A stretch of 64,000 bases of DNA, from positions 20,018-84,017 of the forward strand of contig JARIEF010000035.1 of the NCBI GenBank assembly GCA_029266915.1, written 5' to 3'. The stretch comes from Tissierella sp. Its GTDB lineage: Bacteria > Bacillota > Clostridia > Tissierellales > Tissierellaceae. Positions 31,149 to 42,000 of this stretch are shown piece after piece. The translations under genes were made by a program, and so were the position numbers. The notes below the pieces were generated by a model. That model saw only the letters and a program-made list of their open reading frames with translations, was not told where the DNA came from and did no database searches. The first letter of the stretch is position 1. The number at the start of each line of letters is the position of its first letter.

Positions 31149-34100
31149 TGAAAAAAGATTCGCTTAGAAAAGATATATTTAGAGATATAAGAGGATCCCT
31201 TGGTAGATTTATTGCCATAGTAGCTATAATTGCTCTGGGAGTTGCATTTTTTGCAGGACTTAAGATAGCTCCTGAAGATATGAAACTTACGGCAGACACC
31301 TACTATGACGATTATAATCTTATGGATTTAAGGATAGTTTCAAATCTTGGAATGACTGAGGGCGACTTGAAAGAAATAGAAAAAATAGATGGAGTTAAAG
31401 GGGCTAGAGGAGCATATTGGATAGATACAATAGCCCAAGATGGAGATGCTGAAGTTGTAGTTAGAGTCCACGACTATATCGATCAAGATCAAATAAATGG
31501 TGCTAAATTATTAGAGGGAAGATTTCCAGAAAAGATAGATGAAGCAGTAATAGAAGTTGAGAATGAAAATTTATTAAATGCAGAAATAGGAAGTAGGATA
31601 ACTCTTTCCTCAGGAAAGAAAGAGTCCCTTGATGAAAACTTAAAAAACACTGAATTTACAGTAGTAGGATTTATTCAAAGTCCTTACTATCTTTCTTTTG
31701 AAAAAGGAAGTACAAATATCGGAAGCGGTCAGCTAAGAGACTTTATAATGATACCTCAAGAAAACTTTAAGATGGATGTATTTACTGATATATTTGCTAG
31801 CGTAGATGATACTAAAGCCTTTAATTCTTATAAAGATGAATATTTTGAGTTAGTAAAACCAGTAGAGAATGAGATAAAATTTATATCATCAGAAAGACAA
31901 AAGATAAGATATGATGAAATATATGATGAAGCTAGAGAAGAGTTAGATGAAGGCCGAGCTGAATATGAAGAAGAAAAGGCGAAAGCTGAGAAAGAACTTG
32001 ATAAAGCAGCTAAGGAAATCGAAGACGGTCGGCTAGAACTCGAAGATGGAGAAAGAGAATTAAAGAAAAATGAAGATCTCTTTTATAGTGAAATCAAAAA
32101 AGCTGAAAAGGAAATTGGAAATGCAGAATCAAAACTAGATGATGGATACGTTCAATATCAAAAAGGTCTTAAAGAATTTAACAAAGAAAAGAAAGATGCC
32201 CAAGTAAAATTTAAAAAAGCAGAAGCCGACTTAAAGAAAGCTGAAACAGGCATAGCTTCTTTAAAGGATGGGATAAGTAAAATAGAAGGAGCTCTTAAGA
32301 ACCCTCAAATTCCAAAAGAACAAAAAGAGCAACTTCAAGCTCAGTTAAAAGAACTTAAAAGTACCCTAGCTTCAACTCAAACTCAATACGATAAAGGTAT
32401 GAAAGAGTATCAGGAAAATTTAAAGCAATTTAATGTAGAGATCCAAAATGCTCAAGCACAACTTAAATCAGCAGAAGTAGAATTAAATAAAGCTCAAGAA
32501 GCAATAGCGAGCTTAAAATTCAATATATCTCAAATAGAAGAAGCGTTAAAAAATCCAGAGCTTCCGGAAGAAGAAAAGTTAAATTTACAGGGCCAACTAG
32601 AAGGGCTTCAAGCTACTCTAATAGAAATAGAAGGTCAGTATAATGAAGGTAAAAAGTTATATGATGGAAACTTAGAGGAGTTTAATCAAAAGAGAACCCA
32701 GGGTCAAGCTGCCTTAGATAAGGCCAAAGGGGAATTCACAAAAGCAGAAGAAGGTATAGCTCTATTAAAGACTAATATAAATAAGATAGAAGATGCTCTT
32801 AAAAACCCACAAATCCCAGATAAAGAAAAATTGAAACTTCAAACTCAGTTAAAAGAATTAAAATCAACACTTGCTTCAACTAGGTCTCAATATGACATTG
32901 GTAAAAAAGAACTGGCAAGTGGAAGAGCGGCTTTAATAACAGCTGAAAAAGAATTAAAGGCTGCTAAAACAGAGCTGGATGATTCTAGAGTTATCCTTCA
33001 AAGAGAAAAATCTAAACTAATAGATGAAAAATCTAAGGGTGAGAGAGAACTTAAAGATGCAAGATCTGATATTAGTCAAGCTAGAATTGATCTAAAAGAA
33101 GGAGAAAAGGAATACAACGAAGAAAAAGAAAAAGCAGAAAAAGAATTAGATAAGGCTCTTAGAAAAATTGAAAAAGGTGAAAGAGATTTAAAAAAGTTAG
33201 AAAAATCTAAGTGGCATGTTTTAAATAGAAAGAAACATTATTCCTATGTAGACTATGAACAGTCAGCAGACCGAATAGATGCACTAGCTACAGTTTTTCC
33301 TCTATTTTTTGCTCTGGTTGCAGCCTTGGTTTCTTTAACAACTATGACTAGAATGGTAGATGAACAAAGAATAAATATAGGAACATTAAAAGCTCTAGGA
33401 TACGGTAAAGGAGATATAGCATTTAAATATATATTTTATGCTTTTACAGCTACCCTAACAGGTGCTCTTCTTGGTATAGCATTTGGATATACGGTATTTC
33501 CAATAATTATATTTAATGCCTACGCTCTTATGTATTCAATGCCACCAGTTATTCTGAGTTTTAACTGGAAACTAGCGTCAATTGTTACCTTAGCAGCTTT
33601 AGCTTTGACAACATTAACAGCTTATATAGCGTCAAGCAATGAACTAAGAGAGAATCCTGCATCACTTATGAGGCCTAAGGCTCCAAAACTTGGTAAGACT
33701 ATTTTACTTGAAAGAATACCAATTATATGGAACCGATTAAACTTCAGTTATAAAGTAACCATTAGAAATCTTTTTAGATATAAAAGAAGATTTTTTATGA
33801 CTGTCTTTGGTATAGCAGGTTGTACTGCTCTTATATTAGCAGGCTTTGGTATAAGGGACTCTATACAAACTGTTGTAGATAAACAATTTGGAGATATACT
33901 CTCCTATGATATGTCAATAAGCTTGGATGAAGATGGAGTAGATGTTTTAAACCGAGATAGAAGAATAGAGAAATATAAGCTGGTACTTTCAGAAGGTGCC
34001 AAAATATCTGCAGATAATGAAGAAAAAGATATAACTATAATAGTTCCAAAAGATTCTAAAGACTTCGATAGTTTTATTCACTTTGAAAATAGAAAAACTA

Positions 34101-34855
34101 AAAAAAGTATAGATATAAATGATGGAGTAATCATTACTGAAGGAATGAGTAGGGCTCTTGGAGTTAAACAAGGAGATACAATTGAGCTTATAAATAGTGA
34201 TGATAAGAAAGTTGATGCAGAGATAAATGCAATAGCTGAAAACTATACCTTCAACTATATTTATATGACATCAGAAAAATATACAGAACTCTACGGAGGT
34301 CCTATAGATTATAATGAGGCTCTAGCTATATTAAAAGAAGATTTCACAGCAGAAGAAGATATAATATCGAAATCTCTGATAGATAATGATGGAATAAATA
34401 ATGTAAGTTTTATATCATCTAATAGAGAAAGTCTAGCAGATACAATAAATAGCTTAAACTATGTTGTTATTTTGATGACTGTAACAGCAGGAGCATTAGC
34501 TTTTGTGGTCCTTTACAATCTTACAAATATAAATGTAAGTGAAAGAATAAGAGAAATCGCTACTATAAAGGTATTAGGATTTTATGATAATGAAGTATCA
34601 GCATATATCTATAGAGAAAATATAATATTAACTATTATAGGAACCTTGACAGGCCTCTTTATAGGAATATTCCTCCATCGTTTTATAATACAAACAGTAG
34701 AGATGGAAAGCTTAATGCTGGGATTAAAAGTTCATAGAAACAGTTTTGTATATGCAAGTGTTCTGACTTTCTTATTTGCCTTGATAGTAAATATTGTAAT
34801 GCACTATAAACTAAAGGCTGTAAAAATGGTTGAATCTTTAAAATCAGTAGATTAA
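31142..34855 (+). CDS. FtsX-like ABC exporter permease with a long coiled-coil extracellular region
   Basis: Two permease blocks (EQRINIGTLKALG; ERIREIATIKVLG) and a long heptad-rich insert. Confidence 0.88.
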   Translation: MVVKKDSLRKDIFRDIRGSLGRFIAIVAIIALGVAFFAGLKIAPEDMKLTADTYYDDYNLMDLRIVSNLGMTEGDLKEIEKIDGVKGARGAYWIDTIAQDGDAEVVVRVHDYIDQDQINGAKLLEGRFPEKIDEAVIEVENENLLNAEIGSRITLSSGKKESLDENLKNTEFTVVGFIQSPYYLSFEKGSTNIGSGQLRDFIMIPQENFKMDVFTDIFASVDDTKAFNSYKDEYFELVKPVENEIKFISSERQKIRYDEIYDEAREELDEGRAEYEEEKAKAEKELDKAAKEIEDGRLELEDGERELKKNEDLFYSEIKKAEKEIGNAESKLDDGYVQYQKGLKEFNKEKKDAQVKFKKAEADLKKAETGIASLKDGISKIEGALKNPQIPKEQKEQLQAQLKELKSTLASTQTQYDKGMKEYQENLKQFNVEIQNAQAQLKSAEVELNKAQEAIASLKFNISQIEEALKNPELPEEEKLNLQGQLEGLQATLIEIEGQYNEGKKLYDGNLEEFNQKRTQGQAALDKAKGEFTKAEEGIALLKTNINKIEDALKNPQIPDKEKLKLQTQLKELKSTLASTRSQYDIGKKELASGRAALITAEKELKAAKTELDDSRVILQREKSKLIDEKSKGERELKDARSDISQARIDLKEGEKEYNEEKEKAEKELDKALRKIEKGERDLKKLEKSKWHVLNRKKHYSYVDYEQSADRIDALATVFPLFFALVAALVSLTTMTRMVDEQRINIGTLKALGYGKGDIAFKYIFYAFTATLTGALLGIAFGYTVFPIIIFNAYALMYSMPPVILSFNWKLASIVTLAALALTTLTAYIASSNELRENPASLMRPKAPKLGKTILLERIPIIWNRLNFSYKVTIRNLFRYKRRFFMTVFGIAGCTALILAGFGIRDSIQTVVDKQFGDILSYDMSISLDEDGVDVLNRDRRIEKYKLVLSEGAKISADNEEKDITIIVPKDSKDFDSFIHFENRKTKKSIDINDGVIITEGMSRALGVKQGDTIELINSDDKKVDAEINAIAENYTFNYIYMTSEKYTELYGGPIDYNEALAILKEDFTAEEDIISKSLIDNDGINNVSFISSNRESLADTINSLNYVVILMTVTAGALAFVVLYNLTNINVSERIREIATIKVLGFYDNEVSAYIYRENIILTIIGTLTGLFIGIFLHRFIIQTVEMESLMLGLKVHRNSFVYASVLTFLFALIVNIVMHYKLKAVKMVESLKSVD
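32150..32930 (+). repeat. Three tandem 84-aa (252-bp) intragenic repeats (boundaries approximate)
   Basis: The Lys codon of ALKNP falls at 32297, 32549 and 32801, exactly 252 bp apart. Confidence 0.85.
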
Positions 34856-35064
34856 AAAGATTATAAACATTTAAAACAAATGGAAAAAATCAAATATCAA
34901 TAGATCGAGTGTGTCACCGAGTGATTCTTAAAAAAGAATTTTCTCAGTGACCCACTTTTTTGATTTTGTAAGTTAAAAGTAAACAAAACTATCCTTTAAA
35001 ATTATAACTAAAGTGTTATAATAGATTTGTAAGAAAATTAATTAAATAGAAGGAAGGAATTATT

Positions 35065-35889
35065 ATGTCAAATTGCAATACATGTCCAACTAAAGGTGAA
35101 TGTACAGTACCAGAAGAAAAATGTGGTATTAAAAACAATCCTTTAAATAAAATAAACAAGGTAATAGGAGTAATGAGTGGTAAAGGTGGTGTTGGAAAAT
35201 CAACTGTCACAGTCTTACTTGCTAAGACTTTAAATAAATTGGGTTATAAAGTAGGTATAATGGATTCAGATATAACTGGACCAAGCATACCAAGGCTTCT
35301 TGGAATAAAGGACGGAAAAGTACTCAGTGATAATAAATGTCTTTACCCAGCAGAAACAGAAGATGGTATAAAGGCTGTATCATTTAACTTTTTAGTAAAA
35401 GATGAGAATGATCCAGTAGTTTGGAGAGGTCCAATTGTTTCATCAGCTGTAAAACAATTTTGGACAGATGTAGCTTGGGGAGAGTTAGATTTTTTATTAA
35501 TAGACATGCCCCCTGGTACAGGAGATGTAGCACTTACTGTTATGGACTCAATTCCAATAAATGGAGTAGTTATGGTTTCGATCCCTCAGGATATGGTTTC
35601 TATGATAGTTGCAAAGGCCGTAAATATGGCTAAGAAAATGAATATAGAGGTTTTAGGTCTAGTAGAGAATATGAGTTATATAAAATGTCCTAATTGCGAA
35701 GATAAAATTAGACTATATGATGAAATAGATACTAAAAAGTACTTAGATGATATGGGACTTAATCTTTTAGGTGAACTGCCGATGACAAAAGAAATAGCAA
35801 ATCTATCAAATAAAGGATATGAAAAATATCAAAAAGAGATAGATAAAGAATTTAGTGGTATAGCAGAAAATCTGCTTAAGTCACTCTAG
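35065..35889 (+). CDS. Mrp/NBP35 (ApbC) Fe-S carrier ATPase
   Basis: GKGGVGKST, DMPPGTGD, ENMSYIKCPNC and an N-terminal Cys cluster. Confidence 0.92.
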   Translation: MSNCNTCPTKGECTVPEEKCGIKNNPLNKINKVIGVMSGKGGVGKSTVTVLLAKTLNKLGYKVGIMDSDITGPSIPRLLGIKDGKVLSDNKCLYPAETEDGIKAVSFNFLVKDENDPVVWRGPIVSSAVKQFWTDVAWGELDFLLIDMPPGTGDVALTVMDSIPINGVVMVSIPQDMVSMIVAKAVNMAKKMNIEVLGLVENMSYIKCPNCEDKIRLYDEIDTKKYLDDMGLNLLGELPMTKEIANLSNKGYEKYQKEIDKEFSGIAENLLKSL

Positions 35890-36078
35890 AAATAAGTTAT
35901 TTAAGAAAGAAAACCGTAGATTCAAAACCAAAAATAAATTCTATCAAAAACACATCTTTTATTCTAAAAAGGATGTGTTTTTAATTTCACAATCATATTT
36001 AAAGATATGAAAAAATCTTGAAATATGATAAACTAAGAGAGTATATATAGAATTTAATATAACTTGGGGGTAATAAAT

Positions 36079-36597
36079 TTGGATTTAAAATCGAAAATCA
36101 GAGTAATAGAGGACTTTCCTATAAAGGGAATCAGCTTTAAGGATATAACTACACTAACAAAGGATAAAGATGCTTTTAAGATAGCAGTAGACAGAGTTGT
36201 AGAAGATTTAAAGACTAGAGATGTAGATTATATAGTAGGACCTGAAGCTAGAGGTTTCTTATTTGGCGCGGCAGTTGCTTATGCACTGGGAGTAGGATTT
36301 ATTCCAGTTAGAAAACCTGGGAAGCTTCCTGGAGAAACTAAAGCCAATGAATATGAGCTTGAATATGGAACCAATACCCTAGAGATTCACTCCGATGCAA
36401 TAGACAAGGGAGACAGAATAGCTATAGTAGACGATCTCCTTGCAACGGGTGGAACTATGCTTTCAGCAGCTAAACTTATAGAAAGTCTGGGAGGCGAGAT
36501 AGTAGCTATGGAATTTTTAATAGAACTTGAATCTTTAGAAGGAAGAGCAAAAATTGGTAAGTATTATGCTAATTCTTTGGTAAAATATGATAAATAA
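36079..36597 (+). CDS. apt: Adenine phosphoribosyltransferase
   Basis: [18 protein letters not shown] and [10 protein letters not shown] motifs; TTG start after GGGGG. Confidence 0.96.
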   Translation: MDLKSKIRVIEDFPIKGISFKDITTLTKDKDAFKIAVDRVVEDLKTRDVDYIVGPEARGFLFGAAVAYALGVGFIPVRKPGKLPGETKANEYELEYGTNTLEIHSDAIDKGDRIAIVDDLLATGGTMLSAAKLIESLGGEIVAMEFLIELESLEGRAKIGKYYANSLVKYDK

Positions 36598-36656
36598 AAT
36601 GTAAATAAAAGGTAAATAAAAGGTAAACAGTAAAAGTTTTAAGGGAGTGTAAAAAA

Positions 36657-37730
36657 ATGTCAGCTTCTAGTCAAGCAAGAGATAATTTACATATTCTTCA
36701 TATAGATATGGATGCTTTTTATGCTTCAGTAGAAGAAAGGGATAATCCCAGCTTAAAGGGAAAACCTTTGATAGTTGGAGGCAGCAGTAATCATGGTATA
36801 GTAACCACTGCAAACTATGAAGCAAGAAAATATGGTATACACTCTGCTATGCCTATATTTATGGCCAAGCAGATGTGTCCCAGAGGTATATTTGTTCCAA
36901 CCAGGATAAAAAGATATAGGGATGTCTCCAGAGAAGTCTTTAGTGTTTTACATAAATTTACAGACACTATGGAGCAGGTTTCAGTTGATGAAGCTTATCT
37001 GGACCTATCAAAAGTTGAAGGAGATAAACTGGAAGCCTGTCTTGCCATGAAAAAAGAAGTATTAAGCAAGACGGGACTAACTCTTTCTATGGGACTTTCT
37101 TATAATAAATTCCTAGCAAAACTTGGATCAGATTGGAATAAGCCAGATGGAATAAAAATCATAACACCTGATATGGTTCCAGAAATCCTCCTTCCACTAA
37201 CTGTAAAAAAAATTCATGGCATAGGAAGAAAGACTGCTAAGAAATTAAATGATATAGGTATTTATCTAGTAGAGGATTTGATAGAACTCTCAGAGGAGTT
37301 TATAGTAGAACTCCTTGGAAAACATGGCACTGAAATATACTATAGAATAAGGGGACACGACAATAGAAAACTGGAAACTGAAAGAGAAAGAAAGTCGCTA
37401 GGAACCGAGACCACATTTGAAACAGCTACAAGAGCTAAAGAAGAGTTAAAAAAGTACATATATGAATTTTCACTAGAAATAGAAAGTGACTTAAAACTTA
37501 AAAACTTGCAAGGAAAAACCATAACTTTAAAACTTAAAGATGATAAGTTCATCTCTAAAACTAGAAGTAAAACCTTAGACTATGAAATAAGTGCTTCTAA
37601 AGAGATCTATGACCTGGCAACTATGCTGCTTGATGAGGTAGATATAGAAAACAAGATTAGGTTAATTGGAGTTACTATATCAAATCTTTCAAATCGAGAT
37701 AAAATTCAGCTTACCTTCTTTAACTATTAA
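36657..37730 (+). CDS. dinB: DNA polymerase IV
   Basis: HIDMDAFYASVE, SVDEAY and KPDG motifs. Confidence 0.95.
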   Translation: MSASSQARDNLHILHIDMDAFYASVEERDNPSLKGKPLIVGGSSNHGIVTTANYEARKYGIHSAMPIFMAKQMCPRGIFVPTRIKRYRDVSREVFSVLHKFTDTMEQVSVDEAYLDLSKVEGDKLEACLAMKKEVLSKTGLTLSMGLSYNKFLAKLGSDWNKPDGIKIITPDMVPEILLPLTVKKIHGIGRKTAKKLNDIGIYLVEDLIELSEEFIVELLGKHGTEIYYRIRGHDNRKLETERERKSLGTETTFETATRAKEELKKYIYEFSLEIESDLKLKNLQGKTITLKLKDDKFISKTRSKTLDYEISASKEIYDLATMLLDEVDIENKIRLIGVTISNLSNRDKIQLTFFNY

Positions 37731-38034
37731 TACTTCTATTGTATGTTGTATTAAAGTATTTAAAATAGAATACATCCTATATATGCCTAAAGAAGAATTC
37801 TTATCAGAAGTAAAAATATATAACCCTCTAATGCATTTTTTTGTTTAGAGGGTTTTCTTTAATCTATTATTGTTTTTTTAATCAAATTTTACAAATATGT
37901 TCCTCCTAAAATCTTATCATTATAAGTTTAAATCAGCTTTAGTTTACCAAGTCACTATGAGAAAGTATATAATGATTATTAAAAATTAGTCCATCTTGTT
38001 GACTTTAAAAATGAGATATGATATAAATTAGTTA

Positions 38035-38061
38035 TTAGCAATCTCTATCGTTGACTGCTAA
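38035..38061 (+). promoter_or_regulatory. CIRCE element (HrcA operator) of htpG
   Basis: TTAGCAATC-N9-GACTGCTAA just downstream of promoter TTGACT-N17-TATAAA (37999-38027). Confidence 0.85.
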
Positions 38062-38088
38062 AAAAAGAATAAAGGGAGATTATTAATA

Positions 38089-39966
38089 ATGGAAAAAAGA
38101 GAATTTAAAGCAGAATCTAAAAGATTATTAGATCTTATGATCAACTCAATTTATACGAATAAAGAAATATTTTTAAGAGAGCTAGTTTCTAACGCATCTG
38201 ATGCAATAGATAAGTACTACTATAGGGCTCTTACTGACAGTGATATAAATTTTAACAAGGATGACTTTTATATCGATATTTCTGTTGATAAAGAAAAAAG
38301 AGAGCTAAGAGTAAGGGATACTGGTATTGGTATGACCAGAGAAGAGTTAGAAGATAATCTTGGAACAATAGCTAAGAGTGGTTCTTTTAATTTTAAAAAT
38401 GATAATGAGAAAAAAGAAGATATAGATATTATAGGACAGTTTGGGGTAGGATTTTATTCTGCATTTATGGTTTCTGACTCTGTTAAGGTTAAAACTAGAG
38501 CCTTGGGAGATGAGAAAGGTTTTGTATGGGAGTCCACTGGAGCTGAAGGATATACTATAGAAGAGATATCCAAAGAAAAAGTTGGAACAGAGATAATTCT
38601 TAAGATAAAAGAAAACACTGAAGATGAAGACTATGATGAGTTCCTAGATGAGTATACTATTAGAAGCTTGGTAAAAAAATACTCTGACTTTATAAGGTAC
38701 CCTATAAAGATGATCGTAACGGAATCAAGACAAAAGGAAGACTCACAAGAGTATGAAGAATATAAAGAGCAGCAAACAATAAATAGCATGGTACCTATTT
38801 GGAGAAAAAATAAAAATGAACTGACAGAAGAAGACTATGAAAACTTCTATAAGGAAAAACATTTTGGAATGGATAAGCCTCTTAAAACTATTCACTTTAA
38901 TGTAGACGGTATGGTAAGTTATAGATCAATTCTTTATATACCAGAAAGCATGCCTTATGATTTTTATACTAAGGAGTATGAGAAGGGACTTGAGCTGTAT
39001 TCAAGCGGAGTTTTAATAATGGAGAAATGTTCAGAGCTGCTTCCTGACTATTTTAGCTTTGTTAAAGGAGTGGTAGATTCAGAAGACCTTTCACTTAATA
39101 TTTCAAGAGAGATGCTGCAAAATGATAGACAGCTCAAGCTTATAGCTAAAAAAATAGAAGAGAAAATAAATGATGAACTAAAGGCGTTACTTGAAAATGA
39201 CAGAGAAAAATATAAGGAATTTTTTAAAAACTTTGGCAAGGGAATAAAGTTTGGAGTTTATAATGACTTTGGTATGCATAAGGAAAAACTACAGGATCTT
39301 ATCATGTTTTATTCTTCAAAGGAAAAAGAACTTGTTACTCTTAATGACTATGTAAAAAATATGAAAGAAGATCAAAAATATATCTACTACGCAAGTGGAG
39401 AGTCGATAGAGAGACTAGACAAGCTTCCTCAAACTGAAATGCTCAAAGATAAAGACTTTGAAATACTTTATTTGACTGAAGATGTAGATGAGTTTGCAGT
39501 TAAAATTCTTATGACCTATAATGAAAAAGAGTTTAGATCTGTTTCAAGTGAAGATCTGGGAATAGAAGAAGATGAAGATAAAAAAGAAGAAGAAAAAAAG
39601 ACAAACGAAGACAACAAAGATCTCTTCTCGGCTATGAAGGAAATATTAGGAGAAAAGATAAATGAAGTCAAATCTTCAAAGCGTCTTAAAACCTATCCAG
39701 TATGTCTTTCAAGTGAAGGAGAAATTTCCATTGAAATGGAAAAAATCCTCAGCAGTATGGGAGAAGAAAATGGAGTTAAAGCAAATAAATCACTAGAGAT
39801 CAATGTTAGTCATGACATATTTAATCGTCTACAAAAAGTTTATCAAGAAGATAAGGATAAATTTAGTCTCTATACAAAACTTCTTTATGACCAAGCTCTA
39901 TTGATAGAAGGACTTCCAATAGAAGATCCTATAGAGTTTAGTAAAAACATTTCTAAGCTTATGTAA
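38089..39966 (+). CDS. htpG: Chaperone HtpG (Hsp90)
   Basis: [24 protein letters not shown] and LNISREMLQ motifs. Confidence 0.97.
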   Translation: MEKREFKAESKRLLDLMINSIYTNKEIFLRELVSNASDAIDKYYYRALTDSDINFNKDDFYIDISVDKEKRELRVRDTGIGMTREELEDNLGTIAKSGSFNFKNDNEKKEDIDIIGQFGVGFYSAFMVSDSVKVKTRALGDEKGFVWESTGAEGYTIEEISKEKVGTEIILKIKENTEDEDYDEFLDEYTIRSLVKKYSDFIRYPIKMIVTESRQKEDSQEYEEYKEQQTINSMVPIWRKNKNELTEEDYENFYKEKHFGMDKPLKTIHFNVDGMVSYRSILYIPESMPYDFYTKEYEKGLELYSSGVLIMEKCSELLPDYFSFVKGVVDSEDLSLNISREMLQNDRQLKLIAKKIEEKINDELKALLENDREKYKEFFKNFGKGIKFGVYNDFGMHKEKLQDLIMFYSSKEKELVTLNDYVKNMKEDQKYIYYASGESIERLDKLPQTEMLKDKDFEILYLTEDVDEFAVKILMTYNEKEFRSVSSEDLGIEEDEDKKEEEKKTNEDNKDLFSAMKEILGEKINEVKSSKRLKTYPVCLSSEGEISIEMEKILSSMGEENGVKANKSLEINVSHDIFNRLQKVYQEDKDKFSLYTKLLYDQALLIEGLPIEDPIEFSKNISKLM

Positions 39967-40050
39967 GATTAAAATAATATCCTTGTATAAAGGGTATAAA
40001 GATAATATAATAGAGATAGATTAAATACTTTCTATATGGAGGAGAATAAG

Positions 40051-40239
40051 ATGAAAGCTATGGTAGATAGAGAAGCTTGTATTGGATGCGATCTTTGTGC
40101 AACAATTTGTCCTGAAGTTTTTGAGATGGATGATGAAGAGATTGCAATAGTAATAGCAAATCCAGTTCCAGAAAGTGTAGAAGATGAAGCAAGAGAAGCT
40201 GAGGATTCTTGCCCAACGGATGCAATAAGTATAGAATAA
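40051..40239 (+). CDS. Monocluster ferredoxin
   Basis: CIGCDLC...CP pattern, acidic, 62 aa; SD GGAGG. Confidence 0.9.
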   Translation: MKAMVDREACIGCDLCATICPEVFEMDDEEIAIVIANPVPESVEDEAREAEDSCPTDAISIE

Positions 40240-40314
40240 TAATATATGAATATAGGCAGCTCATTTAGAGATGAGTTGTCTATATTTATATATAATAAAA
40301 TAAGGGGGTAGACC

Positions 40315-41667
40315 TTGGAGACGTTAAATAATGTTATCGCTTACTTTTTAAGTTTTGAACCATTTGTACTTCTTCCAATTATAATTTTCATCCTAGCCAT
40401 AATATTTAGGATAAAACTTCAAACTGCAATAAAATCATCCCTGCAGCTTGGTATAGGATTTGTTGGAATATTTATTACTTTTGATTATTTTGTAGGGGTT
40501 ATAAAACCAGTAGTAAGTTCAATTATAGATAAGATAGGACTTGACATGGCAGTGCTGGATGTAGGGTGGCCGCCTCTTGCAGCTATCACATGGTCTTTTA
40601 ATCTAGCACCCATGCTTCTTATGACACTTATAGTTGTAAACACTTTGATGCTTATATTTAAGTTGACTAAGACTATTAATATAGATATATGGAATTATTG
40701 GCATATGATATTTCTTGGAGCCATGGTTTATTTTGAAACTAAGAGTGTTCTTTTAACTTTTATATTTACTATAATAAGTTTTGTACTTGCTTTGAAACTA
40801 GCTGAATGGACAGCTCCAAAGATAAATAAGGCTATGGGCATGGAAGGAATATGTGTCCCTCACCTAGCCGGCACAGTTCACTATCCGGTAGCTCTCCTTG
40901 GAAACAAATTACTAGATAAGATTCCAGGACTAAATAAGATTGATGCAGATCCAGAGTCTATGCAGGAGAAACTTGGACTCGCTGGAGAGCCTATGATAAT
41001 AGGCTTGACACTGGGAATTCTGCTTGGAGTATTTGCAGGATATGATATAAAAAGTATACTAGAAGTTGGAGTAAAGTTTTCAGCTGTAATATATATTCTT
41101 CCAAAAATGAGCTCTATACTTGGAGGAGCTTTGATACCTATATCAGAAGGAATGAAAGCTTTTATAGGAGCGAAACTTCCCAATATGGGAGAAACCTATA
41201 TTGGACTTGATGTTGCTATACTCTTTAGTCTTCCGGAGAATATGGTTACCGCTCTTTTATTAATCCCTACATCCATCATACTAGCTATAATTCTTCCGGG
41301 AGTAAATTTTATTCCTCTTGGAGATTTAACAAATCTGTTAGTGCCAGCAGCTTTTATTACAGTAGCAACCGGAGGAAACGTTATAAGAGCATATTTGATT
41401 GGAGTACCTATAGTCATAGGTACGCTGTATACAGCCAGCTATATAGCTCCTATGCTTACGGACATGGCTTTAGCTATAAACTATCCAGTAGTAGAGTCAG
41501 GGATGTTTACAAGTTTCTTAGACGGAGGAAATCCCTTTAGAGTATGGATTATAATGATACTGCGAGGAAATTTAATAGCTATAGGTGTTATACCAGTAGT
41601 TCTTCTACTTTTATATTATACATATAGAGAGGTAAGGGGAAAAAACAAAAAAACAACTGTTTATTAA
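40315..41667 (+). CDS. PTS galactitol-family EIIC (GatC-like), orphan
   Basis: DVGWP, NIDIWNYWH, IGLD and LGDL motifs; no EIIA/EIIB adjacent. Confidence 0.85.
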   Translation: METLNNVIAYFLSFEPFVLLPIIIFILAIIFRIKLQTAIKSSLQLGIGFVGIFITFDYFVGVIKPVVSSIIDKIGLDMAVLDVGWPPLAAITWSFNLAPMLLMTLIVVNTLMLIFKLTKTINIDIWNYWHMIFLGAMVYFETKSVLLTFIFTIISFVLALKLAEWTAPKINKAMGMEGICVPHLAGTVHYPVALLGNKLLDKIPGLNKIDADPESMQEKLGLAGEPMIIGLTLGILLGVFAGYDIKSILEVGVKFSAVIYILPKMSSILGGALIPISEGMKAFIGAKLPNMGETYIGLDVAILFSLPENMVTALLLIPTSIILAIILPGVNFIPLGDLTNLLVPAAFITVATGGNVIRAYLIGVPIVIGTLYTASYIAPMLTDMALAINYPVVESGMFTSFLDGGNPFRVWIIMILRGNLIAIGVIPVVLLLLYYTYREVRGKNKKTTVY

Positions 41668-41694
41668 ACGGTTGTTTTTTTCTAAATTAATTTA

Positions 41695-42000
41695 TTATAT
41701 TATATTAAAAAAACCTAAAATATTAGGAGAAAAAATAAGAAGAGTAGAGGCTATAAACATAAGCCAAAAAAATACTTTAGTTTTCTTTCCTGAATTTTTC
41801 TTTTCTATAATACTGTATGACCAATATATAAGAACTCCTGTTAAAATTACAAACAGAGGCTTGTATTTAGTCATGCCTGCAAAATATGAAGTGCCCAGTG
41901 CCCCTAAACCTAGGGGAGCAAGTAATATGCCACCAGTTCAACAAAGTGCTGCAAAGAGCGATGTAAATACTGATAAACCACTTAAAATTTTTTCCTTCAT
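41695..42000 (-). CDS. MerT-like membrane selenoprotein (Cys-Sec), 101 aa; not in ORF track
   Basis: SD AGGAGG 7 nt before ATG 42000; MKEKILSGLSVFTSLFAALC-U(TGA 41938-41940)-TGGILLAPLGLGALGTSYFAGMTKYKPLFVILTGVLIYWSYSIIEKKNSGKKTKVFFWLMFIASTLLIFSPNILGFFNII*; three hydrophobic segments. Confidence 0.82.
41899..41920 (-). promoter_or_regulatory. Putative SECIS hairpin of the MerT-like gene
   Basis: TGCT-CCCCTA-GGTT-TAGGGG-CA; GG-initiated loop about 27 nt after UGA. Confidence 0.7.

Noticed and set aside
34905-34962. Long imperfect hairpin as a riboswitch or ncRNA
   Set aside because: Lies just after the ABC permease and ends in a T-tract, consistent with a terminator; no aptamer motif recognised
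37666-37848. 60-aa ORF overlapping the end of dinB
   Set aside because: No SD, runs into a terminator hairpin and has no recognisable motif
37885-37910. Minus-strand AGGAGG SD and partial LexA-like site downstream of dinB
   Set aside because: The SD is followed by TTG-TAA (no ORF), and only one half of GAAC-N4-GTTC matches
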